From an uncultured virus (IMG/VR IMGVR_UViG_3300027156_000006) (taxonomy: Duplodnaviria; Heunggongvirae; Uroviricota; Caudoviricetes): a stretch of 64,000 nucleotides of DNA. Position numbers and translations under genes: made by a program. Numbering within the stretch: the stretch's first letter is position 1; each line of letters starts with the position of its first letter. Shown one piece after another: positions 45,587 through 56,060 of the stretch. The notes under the pieces are model-generated. The model was not told where the DNA came from. It did not search any database and saw only the letters and a list, made by a program, of their open reading frames with translations. Location of the stretch: the IMG/VR virus record IMGVR_UViG_3300027156_000006. The stretch is one strand, 5' to 3'.

Positions 45587-48076
45587 ATGGCTAAATATCT
45601 CGTTTCTGGCTATACATTCTCGCCTGGCGTTGCTGGCTCTGGCAGTATTACGATTAGCGGTATTTTTCCGCTAGAGCAATTTTTGCTTGCTACAAATGTC
45701 ACTGATAATGTAGTTATTTATCAATTCAATTCGCCGGCACGAGGCGGTAGTGTTAGCAGCGTTTCGGGAAATACGACGCTATTCCTTAATGCTGACACTA
45801 GCGGCATGAACGCTGCAGATAAAGTGCAGCTTTTTGTTGATGATGGCGCAGATATTCAAGTGGAGATTGCTAATGCAAGCGTAGAGATTAGCAATGATAG
45901 CGGCAATCCAGTACCTGCAAGCATTGCAAGTTTACCATTACCGTCTGGAGCTGCGTCTGAAGCCACTGCGTCTGGCATTAGAACTGCCATCGCTAGCGGC
46001 GTAAATGTTTACCCTGCGAATATTACTACTAAATTCAGGGAATCGTTTGAAAGCTTTTCTCCTGGAACTAATTGGACTTTAACTACAGCTTCGGGGGACC
46101 TTGTTCAGCTAGATGGAAATGCAATGTCTGCGTCCTATCTAGTTATTTCTAAAGATCCTCTAGTCGCAGACGGAGAAACAGTTTTACAGGGAATCACTAA
46201 CTATGACATGCCTTTAGAGGCTGCAGTTGGCTTAAGTATGTCCCAGCGAGTATTGGGACAAGAGCTGTCAGTAGAAATTATTAGCACAGACGCAGGTCTC
46301 ACCCCTCCTTCTGAATTAACCATTGCAAGTATTTCGCAATCAACTACCACTTTGACAGTTAATACGTCAGGCGCCCATGGTCTTGTTCCTGGCAAGCGTA
46401 TTGGTATTTATGGAGTGAGTGATAGTCGATTTAACTATCCGTCTTTAGTTGTTGCGACCATTCCTTCTACCACGCAGTTCACTTGCACTGCTGGACCTGG
46501 TGGTACCATTCCTTCTGTAACGGCAGGTCCATTTACTTCCGGTTTTGTTTACCAGCGCTCTGCATTGGGATATGCAAGGGATGGGATGTCGCAAATTTTT
46601 GAGAACGCTACTGCCACTAACTCATCTTTATACGTGCGCGCCAATAGTGGCGATGTTCTTCCTGGCGGTGCTGCGAATGGTAACCATTCAACAACCGTCA
46701 ACACGACTGTTGGAACACAAGGTATTAATGCTGCTTTCACTTACTCATGGTTTCCAGCCACTGAATTTAGATATATTTTGCAGGCAGACAGGGCTCAGTA
46801 TCAAGATGCTGCAGTTGACAGTATTGGTGCGTTGAATGCCAGGATATTTAGAACGCAGGTGGTTCCTGATTTTACAAAACAATATAAGCTGCGTTTTCGA
46901 TTTACCAATAATAAAGGGCTTACTGTTCCAACTGCACAAATTGTTTCTGCAGTCAAAGCCGGCTCTACCACTGCCACAATTACAACGTCAACAGCGCATG
47001 GTTTAACAACTGGTGATCAAATTGTCATCTATGGCATTCGTGATCAAACTAACTTCGCCAACTTGACTACTGCCACTGCAGTTGCCTCCACCCCCACGTC
47101 CACTTCTTTCACCATTGCTTTTGGTGCTTCTGCCACTGCTACCAGTTATGGTGGCATGGTGGCGCGAGTGCAAGGCGGAAGCATTCCTGCCGCCTTTACA
47201 ACTGTTGCCATTCAGTCTGCAGCCAACGATGGCACTGCATTAACTCTCGTTGGTAGCGGCAACTGGGCCGCTTCAGTTGGGGACTATGTGAATGTTTATA
47301 GCTGTAGAAACGATTCGACTGGTGCATCTTTAAATGTGGATGGCGTCTATAAAGTTGCAAACGTTGCTACTACGACAATAACTTTACTTCCCATTGGAGG
47401 AACTGTTCTTCCTGCCACTTTTACCACTACAAATGCTGGCGGTACGATCATTAAACGTACAGACGCACGAATTGGCTTTGTTCGTATTTTTGATTATCTC
47501 CGTGAAAGAGTGGAGATTCAAGCTAATTCAACGCAAGCAGCTTCTGTTCCAGTACAGTTAACTCACCAAGCAAGCGTTAATGCGCTTAATACTGCAGGCT
47601 CTGCAGCGCACGATGCTGCGGTTGCTGGTAACCCTGTAAGGATTGCAGGACGTGCTCTCACTGCCAACTACGCAAACGTTGCCACTGGCGATACGGCTGA
47701 TCTAATCACCACTTTACAAGGTGCATTAATCACTCGTCCATATCAAATTCCTGAGCTTGAATGGTCCTACGCTGCAACTAGTAGTGGCATTTCAAACACA
47801 GCAGACGTGGCATTAGCTGGCGCTGCCGGTGCTGGTTTAAGACGCTATCTCACTTCTTTGGCGGTTAAAAACGCGAATGCTACGGTGACAGAAGCCGTAG
47901 TAAAGGATGGTAGTACTGTAATTTGGCGCGGACACCTCAGTGGAACCATGACATCAACAGATCAAATTGTTTTTAATAATCCATTGAAAACGTCCGCTAA
48001 TGCTGCTTTAAACTTTGCTTGTGTAGCCTCCGGCGCTCAAGTGTATGTCAATGCTCAAGGATATACTGCTCCATAA
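45587..48076 (+). CDS. large Thr/Ser/Ala-rich virion protein
   Basis: 829 aa, beta-rich; repeated TxxAHGLxxG modules. Confidence 0.7.
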   Translation: MAKYLVSGYTFSPGVAGSGSITISGIFPLEQFLLATNVTDNVVIYQFNSPARGGSVSSVSGNTTLFLNADTSGMNAADKVQLFVDDGADIQVEIANASVEISNDSGNPVPASIASLPLPSGAASEATASGIRTAIASGVNVYPANITTKFRESFESFSPGTNWTLTTASGDLVQLDGNAMSASYLVISKDPLVADGETVLQGITNYDMPLEAAVGLSMSQRVLGQELSVEIISTDAGLTPPSELTIASISQSTTTLTVNTSGAHGLVPGKRIGIYGVSDSRFNYPSLVVATIPSTTQFTCTAGPGGTIPSVTAGPFTSGFVYQRSALGYARDGMSQIFENATATNSSLYVRANSGDVLPGGAANGNHSTTVNTTVGTQGINAAFTYSWFPATEFRYILQADRAQYQDAAVDSIGALNARIFRTQVVPDFTKQYKLRFRFTNNKGLTVPTAQIVSAVKAGSTTATITTSTAHGLTTGDQIVIYGIRDQTNFANLTTATAVASTPTSTSFTIAFGASATATSYGGMVARVQGGSIPAAFTTVAIQSAANDGTALTLVGSGNWAASVGDYVNVYSCRNDSTGASLNVDGVYKVANVATTTITLLPIGGTVLPATFTTTNAGGTIIKRTDARIGFVRIFDYLRERVEIQANSTQAASVPVQLTHQASVNALNTAGSAAHDAAVAGNPVRIAGRALTANYANVATGDTADLITTLQGALITRPYQIPELEWSYAATSSGISNTADVALAGAAGAGLRRYLTSLAVKNANATVTEAVVKDGSTVIWRGHLSGTMTSTDQIVFNNPLKTSANAALNFACVASGAQVYVNAQGYTAP

Positions 48077-48101
48077 TAGACTTAAATAAAGGGCTATTTT
48101 C

Positions 48102-49328
48102 ATGGGACAAGTAGTTAGAGGCGGTGACCAGTTTGAAACTGCAATTGCCGCCGATTATCGTGGTCAAATTATTCGTCGTGGTATTGACAGCGGAGAAGTG
48201 GATGCCTTTGCACGTAAGCGCGTAAGCCAGCCATATACGCTATTTGATTCCGTACTTCGTTACGACAAACGTAGTGATGTGTGGAATGAAACCATCACTG
48301 GTTCTGCATCGTCTGTTCATGATGCGAATCAAAGCTCTATCAATATGACTGTCACCACCGCCTCTGGTGACAGCGTAATGAGGCGCACTCGGCGAAGGTT
48401 TCCTTATCAGCCAGGAAAGTCTTTGCTTTCCATTCAAAGCTTTGCTGGGTCAATGCCGGCGAGTGGTGTTATTCAGGAAGTGGGACTATTTGATGACAAC
48501 AATGGAATCATTCTTCGTGCCAGTGGCACCACTCTTCAGCTAGTGGTAAGAGGAAAGTATTCTGGCGTTGTCACTGAAAACGTTATTAATCAGGATCAAT
48601 GGAATATTGACACTGCTTCGTGGCTTGATTTTTCAAAGGCCAACATCTTTACCACTGATCTTGAATGGTTAGGGGCAGGACGGGCACGTTGTGGTTTTAT
48701 TCTTGATGGCGAATATTATTATTGCCATGAATTCCTCCATGCAAATAATATTAGTAGCGTCTATATGACAGCGGCAGTATTGCCACAAACCTATCGCATT
48801 GCAAAATATGCAACAAGCGCTAGTGGCGCAACAATGAAGCAAATTTGCTCCACTGTTGCAAGCGAAGGCGGGTATCAACCCTATGGCGAAGTTTATGCAA
48901 TTTCTCCTGCTCTTGGTTCAATTCCTAATATCACTGGTGAGCGTATCGTTGCCGGCATTCGCATGGCAAGTGGCCGCACTGATAATGTGATCATTCCAGT
49001 GAAAGTTGATTTAGTGACGGAGGATAATACCACGATTGAATGGAAGCTTCGTCGTAATCCAACCACTTCTGGCGTTACTTGGACCGCTAGTGCCAATGGC
49101 AGGGGAAATGTGGAAACCACCTCTGCTGGCAGCATTGTTTCCGGCGGAACCACTGTTAATGCTGGTCTTTACTACAGCGCTGGTTCAGTGGAAATCGATG
49201 TGCAAGATGGGCTTAGCCTTTCCTTGGGCGTCAATGGAAGCGGAGTTAGCGATGAACTGTTCCTTACAGTGACAAGCTCTGGCAACGCTAAAGCAACTGG
49301 CATGTTGGGCTGGATTGAAACGCTATAG
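48102..49328 (+). CDS. putative virion structural protein
   Basis: DAFARKRVSQPYTLFDS, YQPGKS, EWLGAG, ICSTVASEGG. Confidence 0.7.
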   Translation: MGQVVRGGDQFETAIAADYRGQIIRRGIDSGEVDAFARKRVSQPYTLFDSVLRYDKRSDVWNETITGSASSVHDANQSSINMTVTTASGDSVMRRTRRRFPYQPGKSLLSIQSFAGSMPASGVIQEVGLFDDNNGIILRASGTTLQLVVRGKYSGVVTENVINQDQWNIDTASWLDFSKANIFTTDLEWLGAGRARCGFILDGEYYYCHEFLHANNISSVYMTAAVLPQTYRIAKYATSASGATMKQICSTVASEGGYQPYGEVYAISPALGSIPNITGERIVAGIRMASGRTDNVIIPVKVDLVTEDNTTIEWKLRRNPTTSGVTWTASANGRGNVETTSAGSIVSGGTTVNAGLYYSAGSVEIDVQDGLSLSLGVNGSGVSDELFLTVTSSGNAKATGMLGWIETL

Positions 49329-49349
49329 AAGCTATGCTGGGGCAGCACC

Positions 49350-49571
49350 ATGCTACCCCTTTCCATGGCTTTTCCTTTCGTTGCAGAAGGCGAGTGGTAC
49401 AAGCAACAGACGGAGCATCTTTCGGACATTCTTGCTGAGCTACTGACAGACGATGATCCAGCAATGGCCTGTAAGGCACTGAGCGAAACCATCGCTTCTT
49501 GGGAGGACTACCACGAGAAGGAGCTTGCTAAATGGAAGCGCCTCAGGGTGCTTCTGGGCTTAAGTAATTAA
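49350..49571 (+). CDS. hypothetical protein
   Basis: 73-aa ORF after a promoter-like GCTATGCT. Confidence 0.55.
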   Translation: MLPLSMAFPFVAEGEWYKQQTEHLSDILAELLTDDDPAMACKALSETIASWEDYHEKELAKWKRLRVLLGLSN

Positions 49572-50512
49572 CCTTCTTGATAGACGCTAATAAAGACAGT
49601 GCCGGTTTTGGTGAGCGGAAGGATTTTGTCGCGCAAGTCAATGTTGTGACAACGCACGCAACCATGAGTGGGGACTAATGGCTGCTTGGGAGCCCATGCT
49701 CCCGGCCAACCATTTGCGCTTCCGCCACCATGCACCATAATTCCAGCCCTACCATTGCCGGCTTCTTGATTTTCTAGTTCGACCATGTCAAAGCTGTACC
49801 AGCCGTAAGCCATGAGGGTGCGATCATAAGCAGGCTTGTCGCCCACTTTCTCATAGTCTTTGTAAATGGCACCAATTTTATAGATCCCTGGAGGAGTGTC
49901 TGAATTTGTAATCTTCCATTCAAAATCACTATATTGTCCACGAGCAAGACAAGGGATTTCCCATAAGAGCTTCCCTTCAAATGAGAAAGCCTTCATGGTT
50001 TCCACTGCATCGTTCACAATTAAATGTGAATCGCCTTTCTTAAAGCCAAAATCTTGCGGACGTTTCTTGGGGCCAATCATAGTAAAAGCAGTGCTCTCAG
50101 GAGCATATTCCTTCATGAGCTTAGACAGTTTTGCGGGGTAATCGGGATCCGTGGCATACGATTGCTCCTTGAGCATACGCGCCGCTGCATAGCGATTAGG
50201 GGCATTATTGATGCCCTTAAAGTGACGATAGTCTTTATACCATCGCGTGATTAAATATTCAATGCAAGCAGCAAGACTAGGGAAATCAATAAAACCAGCT
50301 TTAATGGTCACCCATTGACCGTCATACCATTCTTGCGTAGAAGTGGTGGTGCCACTTCCTTTTAGGCCTAGATAATTATGCTTTCCAGAAGTATGATTCC
50401 CAAAGCCACTTTCTAGGCAGCATTGTGCAGCTACCAGCTCTGGATATCGAGCGCCATATTTACGAGCAATTTGGAAGCATTCATCCCAGAATGCTCGATT
50501 TGACGGCCACAT
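49568..50512 (-). CDS. endolysin: GH73 glucosaminidase + YkuD-like domain
   Basis: AAQCCLESGFG, NYLGLK, YATDPDY; C-terminal IMVHGGG...THGCVR. Confidence 0.85.
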   Translation of the reverse strand: MWPSNRAFWDECFQIARKYGARYPELVAAQCCLESGFGNHTSGKHNYLGLKGSGTTTSTQEWYDGQWVTIKAGFIDFPSLAACIEYLITRWYKDYRHFKGINNAPNRYAAARMLKEQSYATDPDYPAKLSKLMKEYAPESTAFTMIGPKKRPQDFGFKKGDSHLIVNDAVETMKAFSFEGKLLWEIPCLARGQYSDFEWKITNSDTPPGIYKIGAIYKDYEKVGDKPAYDRTLMAYGWYSFDMVELENQEAGNGRAGIMVHGGGSANGWPGAWAPKQPLVPTHGCVRCHNIDLRDKILPLTKTGTVFISVYQEG

Positions 50513-50516
50513 GGCC

Positions 50517-50660
50517 TCAGCCCTTCACGCGAAAAATAGTCTTCAAGCCTTCAAGAAGAAGCTGAAGAACGTTATTGCTTTTCCAAGGGGAACGATCAAG
50601 AATTTGGTCGGCGGCGGCAATAATGATGCCACCAATAACAAACCATTCTGCGCCGCTCAT
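50517..50660 (-). CDS. 47-aa membrane protein, holin candidate (absent from the ORF track)
   Basis: MSGAEWFVIGGIIIAAADQILDRSPWKSNNVLQLLL...; directly upstream of the endolysin. Confidence 0.6.
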   Translation of the reverse strand: MSGAEWFVIGGIIIAAADQILDRSPWKSNNVLQLLLEGLKTIFRVKG

Positions 50661-50690
50661 GATGAACAATGCAAGGAAGATATAAATACG

Positions 50691-50909
50691 CTAGCGCTTA
50701 ATTTCTAAACTGCGCACTCTAGTTTCAATGTCGCTCATCTTATCTGTGAGCACGCTTAGCTTCTCGGTGATGCTTTCAATTTGCACTGCCACTCTTGCTT
50801 GCTGAGTGCCCACTGCAATAAGCATGGCGCCTGTTGACAGCAACATGCCAGCCGTGATGGTGGCTACAAAATTTGCAAGGCCGTCCTTGAAACTGTCCAT
50901 AGCCATCAA
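50691..50909 (-). CDS. TM + coiled-coil protein in the lysis cassette
   Basis: Hydrophobic N-terminus then heptad pattern ending RVRSLE. Confidence 0.6.
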   Translation of the reverse strand: MMAMDSFKDGLANFVATITAGMLLSTGAMLIAVGTQQARVAVQIESITEKLSVLTDKMSDIETRVRSLEIKR

Positions 50910-50986
50910 TCAATACGCCTATTCTATACAAAATTCACGAGGCATTATTTAGCGTTAAACTATGGTCAAGACAATTTAATAGTGCC

Positions 50987-51469
50987 ATGCCAAGAGCGAA
51001 TGGTCCTGATGAGCTGCTTTATTCTCTCATTGAACTTCGCCCTGGAGATGCAAAACGTAGATTTCGTAAGAGTATTTTTGAAGATTATTTTCTGAGGGGA
51101 CCATTTGGGCAGTGTGCCTGTGCATATTGCGGGGAATGGAAAGAAAAGCTTACGATTGACCACATTGTTCCCAAGAGCAAAGGAGGCCCGCATTTCAGCC
51201 GTTGGAACATGCTTCCCGCATGCAAAAGCTGTAATCTTCGTAAAGGAAACCTTCCAATGCTGGAATGGTGGCGAGTGCAACCATTCTGGACCGAGAAGCG
51301 AGAGGAGATTGTGATGGCATGGGTGTATTGCAATAGCTTTGTTAGCGCCCACACTGACCAGAAGGAGCTTGAAGCATGGTGCGAGAAGAAAGGGATTGTG
51401 CTGCCGATGCACCAAACAATTGAGCATGAAAAAGCCCCCTTATGGGGGCTTTGTTGCAATGCTGCTTAG
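50987..51469 (+). CDS. HNH endonuclease
   Basis: CAYCG...[13 protein letters not shown]...[14 protein letters not shown]. Confidence 0.92.
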   Translation: MPRANGPDELLYSLIELRPGDAKRRFRKSIFEDYFLRGPFGQCACAYCGEWKEKLTIDHIVPKSKGGPHFSRWNMLPACKSCNLRKGNLPMLEWWRVQPFWTEKREEIVMAWVYCNSFVSAHTDQKELEAWCEKKGIVLPMHQTIEHEKAPLWGLCCNAA

Positions 51470-51834
51470 TTTTCAATGGGAGCAAAAGTGATTTGCTTTC
51501 CGGGAAGATCGTAGCGAATGCCAGGAACCGGCTGAACCGAGCCAGGCATTGGACAGAATCCTCCTTCGCATTGTTGGGAAGCATTCTCAAGAGCCTCAAC
51601 TGCTTCTTGCTGTGGCTCGTTTTCCATATTAAAAATGAGAAGATCAAGATACCAACTGGCTTTCTTCAAATCTTCCAGGCCATTTTTTTCTTCATAGCGC
51701 CAAACGTATTTCATTACATTCCCTTTCAGGAATCCACGAAATTCGTCTTGGTCCATTGAAGCTTCAATAGCCTCAATACATTCAATGCCGCCATTCTTGG
51801 CATAATGACGGGGATGATTCACGGCGTCAGTCAT
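51466..51834 (-). CDS. DUF3310 family protein
   Basis: VNHPRHY...IECIEAI...[24 protein letters not shown]. Confidence 0.88.
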   Translation of the reverse strand: MTDAVNHPRHYAKNGGIECIEAIEASMDQDEFRGFLKGNVMKYVWRYEEKNGLEDLKKASWYLDLLIFNMENEPQQEAVEALENASQQCEGGFCPMPGSVQPVPGIRYDLPGKQITFAPIEN

Positions 51835-52547
51835 TAGAAAGAAGATTGGTGAAGATCAAAAGCCTCAAAGGCTTCTTTGAACAATGGACGGGCAAGGGAA
51901 GACAAGGCCTGAGCATAAGCCTGGATTTCTCCTTGGCTATCAGCCTTGTCCCGCAGAGAGATGAAATGCAAGAGAGCCTGAAGGCTGCAAGTCCAGGTGA
52001 AGGACGTATAGGTGGACATTGGCATGATGCCTCGTGCCTGCTCCTTGCTCACTCCTAGCGTCAGCAACGCCTTGTAAGCCTGCTTGGACTGCTCAAGGGC
52101 CTTGGCATATTCAATCATGGCCACTTGGTTCATGCTTGGCTCCAGAGGGCCGCTAGAGGCCTGTTTGTTGCTGGGGCTTTGCTGGCGGAATTCACGAGGC
52201 ATGTAATAGGCCTCTTCATCAGCTTCGCAGTAGCGAAAGCTTTTCTCGTTCCAACCAAGCGTGTCATTGGCAAACGTACCACCAATAACATGCTTCCACC
52301 ATTGCCGACAAACGAACAGCGGAGCCTTCACTTGCCATTTGGTGACAACGCCACGAAATGGACTGGTGTGTTGGTGCTTGACGAGATAATTAAGAAGCTT
52401 CTGGTCCTTTTCGGACCATTCGCTGCTGGTCTGATCAAAGCTCTGCCGAGCGTCGCAAACAATATCAAGAGAGCTTCCCATCCAATCAATGAGACGCACC
52501 ATGCTGATGCCATCCATCAGCGGATCGATTTTTTCAGCAATAGCCAT
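51834..52547 (-). CDS. thyX: flavin-dependent thymidylate synthase
   Basis: HTSPF, APLFVCRQWWKH, NEKSFRY, EQARGIMP, FISLR, QGEI. Confidence 0.93.
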   Translation of the reverse strand: MAIAEKIDPLMDGISMVRLIDWMGSSLDIVCDARQSFDQTSSEWSEKDQKLLNYLVKHQHTSPFRGVVTKWQVKAPLFVCRQWWKHVIGGTFANDTLGWNEKSFRYCEADEEAYYMPREFRQQSPSNKQASSGPLEPSMNQVAMIEYAKALEQSKQAYKALLTLGVSKEQARGIMPMSTYTSFTWTCSLQALLHFISLRDKADSQGEIQAYAQALSSLARPLFKEAFEAFDLHQSSF

Positions 52548-52851
52548 GGATTAAAGCGAGAGGCCTGAGCCGTTGCAGACTGATTGTAGGAGCAATGTTC
52601 GTAGCCGAATGCCACCGTACTCGTGCCTTACGAGATCTTCCGCTTTCATCAAAGCCTTCAATGGTGCCAACAACGGAAGAGGGCATCCACCCTGCTGCCG
52701 TACGTTGTACGTACACCACATGCTGTCCTGGAAGCCATTCATGGTTGCGAGGAGTGCGAGGGAGTTTGTAAGGACGGTAGCCCGTCCCGCATTTTACGGC
52801 ATCCTTCCCATCGTCCACCAGATAAACAAACTGCTTGCCAAATCGCTGCAT
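52534..52851 (-). CDS. hypothetical protein
   Basis: 105-aa ORF overlapping the thyX start. Confidence 0.55.
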   Translation of the reverse strand: MQRFGKQFVYLVDDGKDAVKCGTGYRPYKLPRTPRNHEWLPGQHVVYVQRTAAGWMPSSVVGTIEGFDESGRSRKARVRWHSATNIAPTISLQRLRPLALIHGYC

Positions 52852-52881
52852 GGCTAGGCTAAACGAAACAATGCAAGGACA

Positions 52882-53256
52882 ATGAGCACTTTCTCTATTC
52901 CCGTTGGCCTAAAATACAATGGTCAAGATTGTATTGGCGTTATGGGGCCTTTTGAACGGAGCATGGAGCGGGACTTCGCTCTCGTTGCGAATAAGAAGGC
53001 ACTGAGTGAATGCAATGACATTGACAAGCTGCGTGAAGTGGCTTGCACGATGATGGAAGGCTGGAGCAATATGCAAGAAGCCGTCACTGCATTGGTCAAG
53101 GAGAATCTTGAGCTGCGGCAAGCTATGCAGCTCCAAGAGCGTGATTTACAAGCTGCTGATGAGCTGCTTGGTGAAGCTGCTGATGCAGTTAAGCGCTTCG
53201 CAGAAAAGCAGCAATCCGCTCAAGCCAAAAAGTTTCCTTGGCCGTTTGGGTGGTAA
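52882..53256 (+). CDS. helical protein, possibly NblA-like
   Basis: SMERDFAL...DIDKLRE...AVTALVKE weakly resembles the NblA two-helix pattern. Confidence 0.4.
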   Translation: MSTFSIPVGLKYNGQDCIGVMGPFERSMERDFALVANKKALSECNDIDKLREVACTMMEGWSNMQEAVTALVKENLELRQAMQLQERDLQAADELLGEAADAVKRFAEKQQSAQAKKFPWPFGW

Positions 53257-53551
53257 GAAGGAAGATCTTCCAGCCACCCATCGTTGCCAAATTGAATTTG
53301 CGAGCATCACGCTCGTAGCCTGAGCCAGTTACGTGACGGCCACGATTGAACGTGCCGCCTTGTATTTCAATGAGAGAACGTGAGGGCAGATGAGCGAAGT
53401 CTGCCCTGTAACGCTTTGAACGCTTGCTTTTGGCATAGCGCTCTTGAAAATCAGCTTCCCACGTTTCTACGTCGCTGTATTCCCTAATCAATGGAAGATC
53501 TGGGAAATGAGCCTGCCATAGCCCGAGGAATTGATCTTCAAGAGCGCTCAC
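53189..53551 (-). CDS. PD-(D/E)XK (Vsr/DUF559-like) endonuclease
   Basis: SALE, YRADFA, IEIQGG, GRH, DARKFNLA. Confidence 0.8.
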   Translation of the reverse strand: MSALEDQFLGLWQAHFPDLPLIREYSDVETWEADFQERYAKSKRSKRYRADFAHLPSRSLIEIQGGTFNRGRHVTGSGYERDARKFNLATMGGWKIFLLTTQTAKETFWLERIAAFLRSA

Positions 53552-53554
53552 AAG

Positions 53555-54142
53555 CTATACGGCAGCAAACGTTACGTTAGCGCCTTGGTTTTGATACTTG
53601 CCATTTCCATAGTCACTTCGTGAGTCTTCATTGAGACGGACGAACATGACTTGCACGATGCCTTCGTTGGCATAGATGCGAACGGGAAAAGCCAGGGGAT
53701 TAACAATACAAATAGTGAGATGGCCAGACCAGCCAGGCTCAATTGGCGTAACGTTAATGATCGTACCTTGTCGAGCATACGTTGATTTGCCGTCCGTCAG
53801 TCCCATAATGTTAGACGGCATTGTCAGGAGTTCCACACTCACGCCAAGAGCGCAGGAGAACGGCGGAAGGACAAAGAACGTGGAGCCATTCTCTTCAATT
53901 GGTTCAGCCTCGTACACCAGCTCCTTATTAAAAGCCTTTACGTCTAGCACTTCATCCGTGATGTGGGAATCATTGATGACCATGAACCCCTTAGGGGATA
54001 AACGGAGGTCATACCCTGCATGACTTAAACCGTATGAGAGGGCTTTTGTGCCATTGGGCAGCTCTCTGGTTTTCTCTGCGACGAAAGGAAAAATAATATC
54101 ATTTTCAGCAAGAACGCTGATTTCCTTGTCATTAAGAAGCAT
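53555..54142 (-). CDS. dcd: dCTP deaminase
   Basis: SYGLSHAGYDLRL, GKSTYARQG, TPIEPGWSG, YANEGIVQ, KYQNQ. Confidence 0.93.
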   Translation of the reverse strand: MLLNDKEISVLAENDIIFPFVAEKTRELPNGTKALSYGLSHAGYDLRLSPKGFMVINDSHITDEVLDVKAFNKELVYEAEPIEENGSTFFVLPPFSCALGVSVELLTMPSNIMGLTDGKSTYARQGTIINVTPIEPGWSGHLTICIVNPLAFPVRIYANEGIVQVMFVRLNEDSRSDYGNGKYQNQGANVTFAAV

Positions 54143-54210
54143 GGTTCTGGAAAAAGAAAAGGGGCTCTTAAGAGCCCCGTTGTCAAGAAAAGAAAAGCTT
54201 CAAGAAGCGA

Positions 54211-54489
54211 TCAAAACGGATCGTCAGAGCCGCCAGAAAAGCTTTGCTTGGAGCCACTGCCGTTGTCCCACATCGAAGCATAAGCCTTGGGGCTCTCTGT
54301 CATTTCAGGCACTGTCACCAGACCCTTGAAATGAGGGGCAGTATCTTTATCGCGCTTGTCGTTGTTCCACAATGCAAAACGCAGCTTGTAGTTGCCATTT
54401 GCATTAGTCCCGGCCTTTTTCATGGCATTGAGAATGTCGGGAGTAAGATCAAGCGATCCAGAAAAAGAAGGAAGATTGCCAGCGGGCAT
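54211..54489 (-). CDS. putative single-stranded DNA-binding protein
   Basis: ALWNNDKR...PHFKG; acidic DDPF tail; next to exonuclease and annealase. Confidence 0.55.
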   Translation of the reverse strand: MPAGNLPSFSGSLDLTPDILNAMKKAGTNANGNYKLRFALWNNDKRDKDTAPHFKGLVTVPEMTESPKAYASMWDNGSGSKQSFSGGSDDPF

Positions 54490-54560
54490 TGAGTGTTCCT
54501 CTGCGGAGTGTAGTAGGCCCTGGAAGGGGCATCAGAAGCATAGCGCCATAAACAGGGGAG

Positions 54561-55325
54561 TCAAGCTCCACGGTCCATAGAAATTGTTAAGGGGCGCCCG
54601 CCTGGGTAGTGATCAAAGAAGAACTGCTGCACCTTCTGCACCATGATGCCTGCCTGCATAGCAAGCTCTGCTGCCGAAAGACTTACGATTTGCGCTTCCT
54701 GGCCGTTACCAGTGTCGGGATCGTAAATAGCAATGGCGCAATGTGCTTCATTGACTTCGATGTCATACATCTGTTCAATGGCTTGCACGTAGGCACCAAG
54801 CTGCATGCGGTAATCGGCCAGTTGAGTGTCAGGCTTTTCCTTGTAGCTCGTCTTCCAATCAAGCAAGGCATACGCCCCGCTGTTCATCTTGGCGAGCATA
54901 TCGAACGTGCCTGAATAGCCAATTTCTTGCGCAGGATCGTACCAGGCAATGGCGCTTTCAACGAGCAGCGGACTATCCACTCGCTCAAGAAAGCCAACAA
55001 TGCTTTCAAAGTAGGGGACGTAATTCTCGTGCGAATCGAGGTGGGTTTGAATGTCTTCACCATTCCAGAGGTCTTCTAGAACACCGTGAAGCCAATTGCC
55101 TCGATCCACAGCATTACGAGTGCGACGATTAGCTTCTTCATCGCCCACTTTCCTGCGCCAATTCATGAGCGCTGCAATCTTGCCAGGCGATGAACACGCG
55201 CTCGCAATAGTCGTCACAGAGGGCAAAACACACCCTGCGGGAACATTGGGAAAATCGTCGCAAACGTAATAGCGCTTCTTGTTCAGTTGGAGCCTGTTGG
55301 GTTCGTAGCGGGGAAACGCTGGCAT
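54561..55325 (-). CDS. Cas4-like PD-(D/E)XK exonuclease
   Basis: PSVTTI, RGNWLH, YSGTFD, LLDWKTS, QLGAY. Confidence 0.88.
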   Translation of the reverse strand: MPAFPRYEPNRLQLNKKRYYVCDDFPNVPAGCVLPSVTTIASACSSPGKIAALMNWRRKVGDEEANRRTRNAVDRGNWLHGVLEDLWNGEDIQTHLDSHENYVPYFESIVGFLERVDSPLLVESAIAWYDPAQEIGYSGTFDMLAKMNSGAYALLDWKTSYKEKPDTQLADYRMQLGAYVQAIEQMYDIEVNEAHCAIAIYDPDTGNGQEAQIVSLSAAELAMQAGIMVQKVQQFFFDHYPGGRPLTISMDRGA

Positions 55326-55364
55326 TTGAAGGGCTGCAAGGCATAGATCGTAACAAGCCACTTG

Positions 55365-55685
55365 TCATTTTTCATTCATGTCCCAGAAGTAGTCGCAGCC
55401 CTCTTCATCGCATGGAGGCGCAGCGAAATAGCTCTGCCAGCGATCCGCAGGCGCCATGTAACGCCAGCAATTTTCTTTAACAGGGCATTCACCCCCCGTG
55501 CACATCGCAATGTCAGGCATGAGAATAGTGCGAGCAGTTTGATAAAGGAATCGCTTATCAGCCAAAGGATGATTAGCAACGGCCTCAAGAACAGCAGCAA
55601 TGCGACGATCACTGCTAAGCGTGTCTTCAGGAAAGCTCCAGAACGCTTCATGACAAGCATCAATTAGAGAGCGATGATTTTGCAC
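55365..55685 (-). CDS. hypothetical protein with Cys-rich C-terminus
   Basis: DIAMCTGGECPVKENCWRY...CDYFW. Confidence 0.65.
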   Translation of the reverse strand: MQNHRSLIDACHEAFWSFPEDTLSSDRRIAAVLEAVANHPLADKRFLYQTARTILMPDIAMCTGGECPVKENCWRYMAPADRWQSYFAAPPCDEEGCDYFWDMNEK

Positions 55686-55872
55686 GCTTTTCTTCCATCA
55701 TTTCATGCTCTTCAACCATTGTTTCCATGGAGGCCATTATGCAGCTCTCAAAGAAGCCACAAGCCAAAATAAACTGCTTGAAATGTTCAATGATTTCAGG
55801 CATGTAAATGTTATGGAAAGAATAGGAGACTTTGGTTTCTCCTTCTTCGTAAAGAAAAGTGAAACGACTCAT
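55660..55872 (-). CDS. hypothetical protein
   Basis: MSRFTFLYEE...FKQFILACGF. Confidence 0.6.
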   Translation of the reverse strand: MSRFTFLYEEGETKVSYSFHNIYMPEIIEHFKQFILACGFFESCIMASMETMVEEHEMMEEKRAKSSLSN

Positions 55873-56060
55873 GGGAGAATCAGCGAAAGAATCGCCAAGA
55901 TTGACAGAGCAAGGATCAGGCATGTAAAGGTAACGAGAAGGAACAGGCCAAGAGGATCATTCGCCAAATAGGGCGGGAGGAAGCTCAGTAATTGGTAGGG
56001 CATCATCATCAATGCAAACTGCTCCAGCAAAGGCCCGCGCTAAGCGGGCCGCTGCTAGAT

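Noticed and set aside
54561..55325. Cas4 as a spacer-acquisition gene for the array
   Set aside because: It sits with the Sak annealase and SSB in a standard phage recombination module and shows no link to the array.
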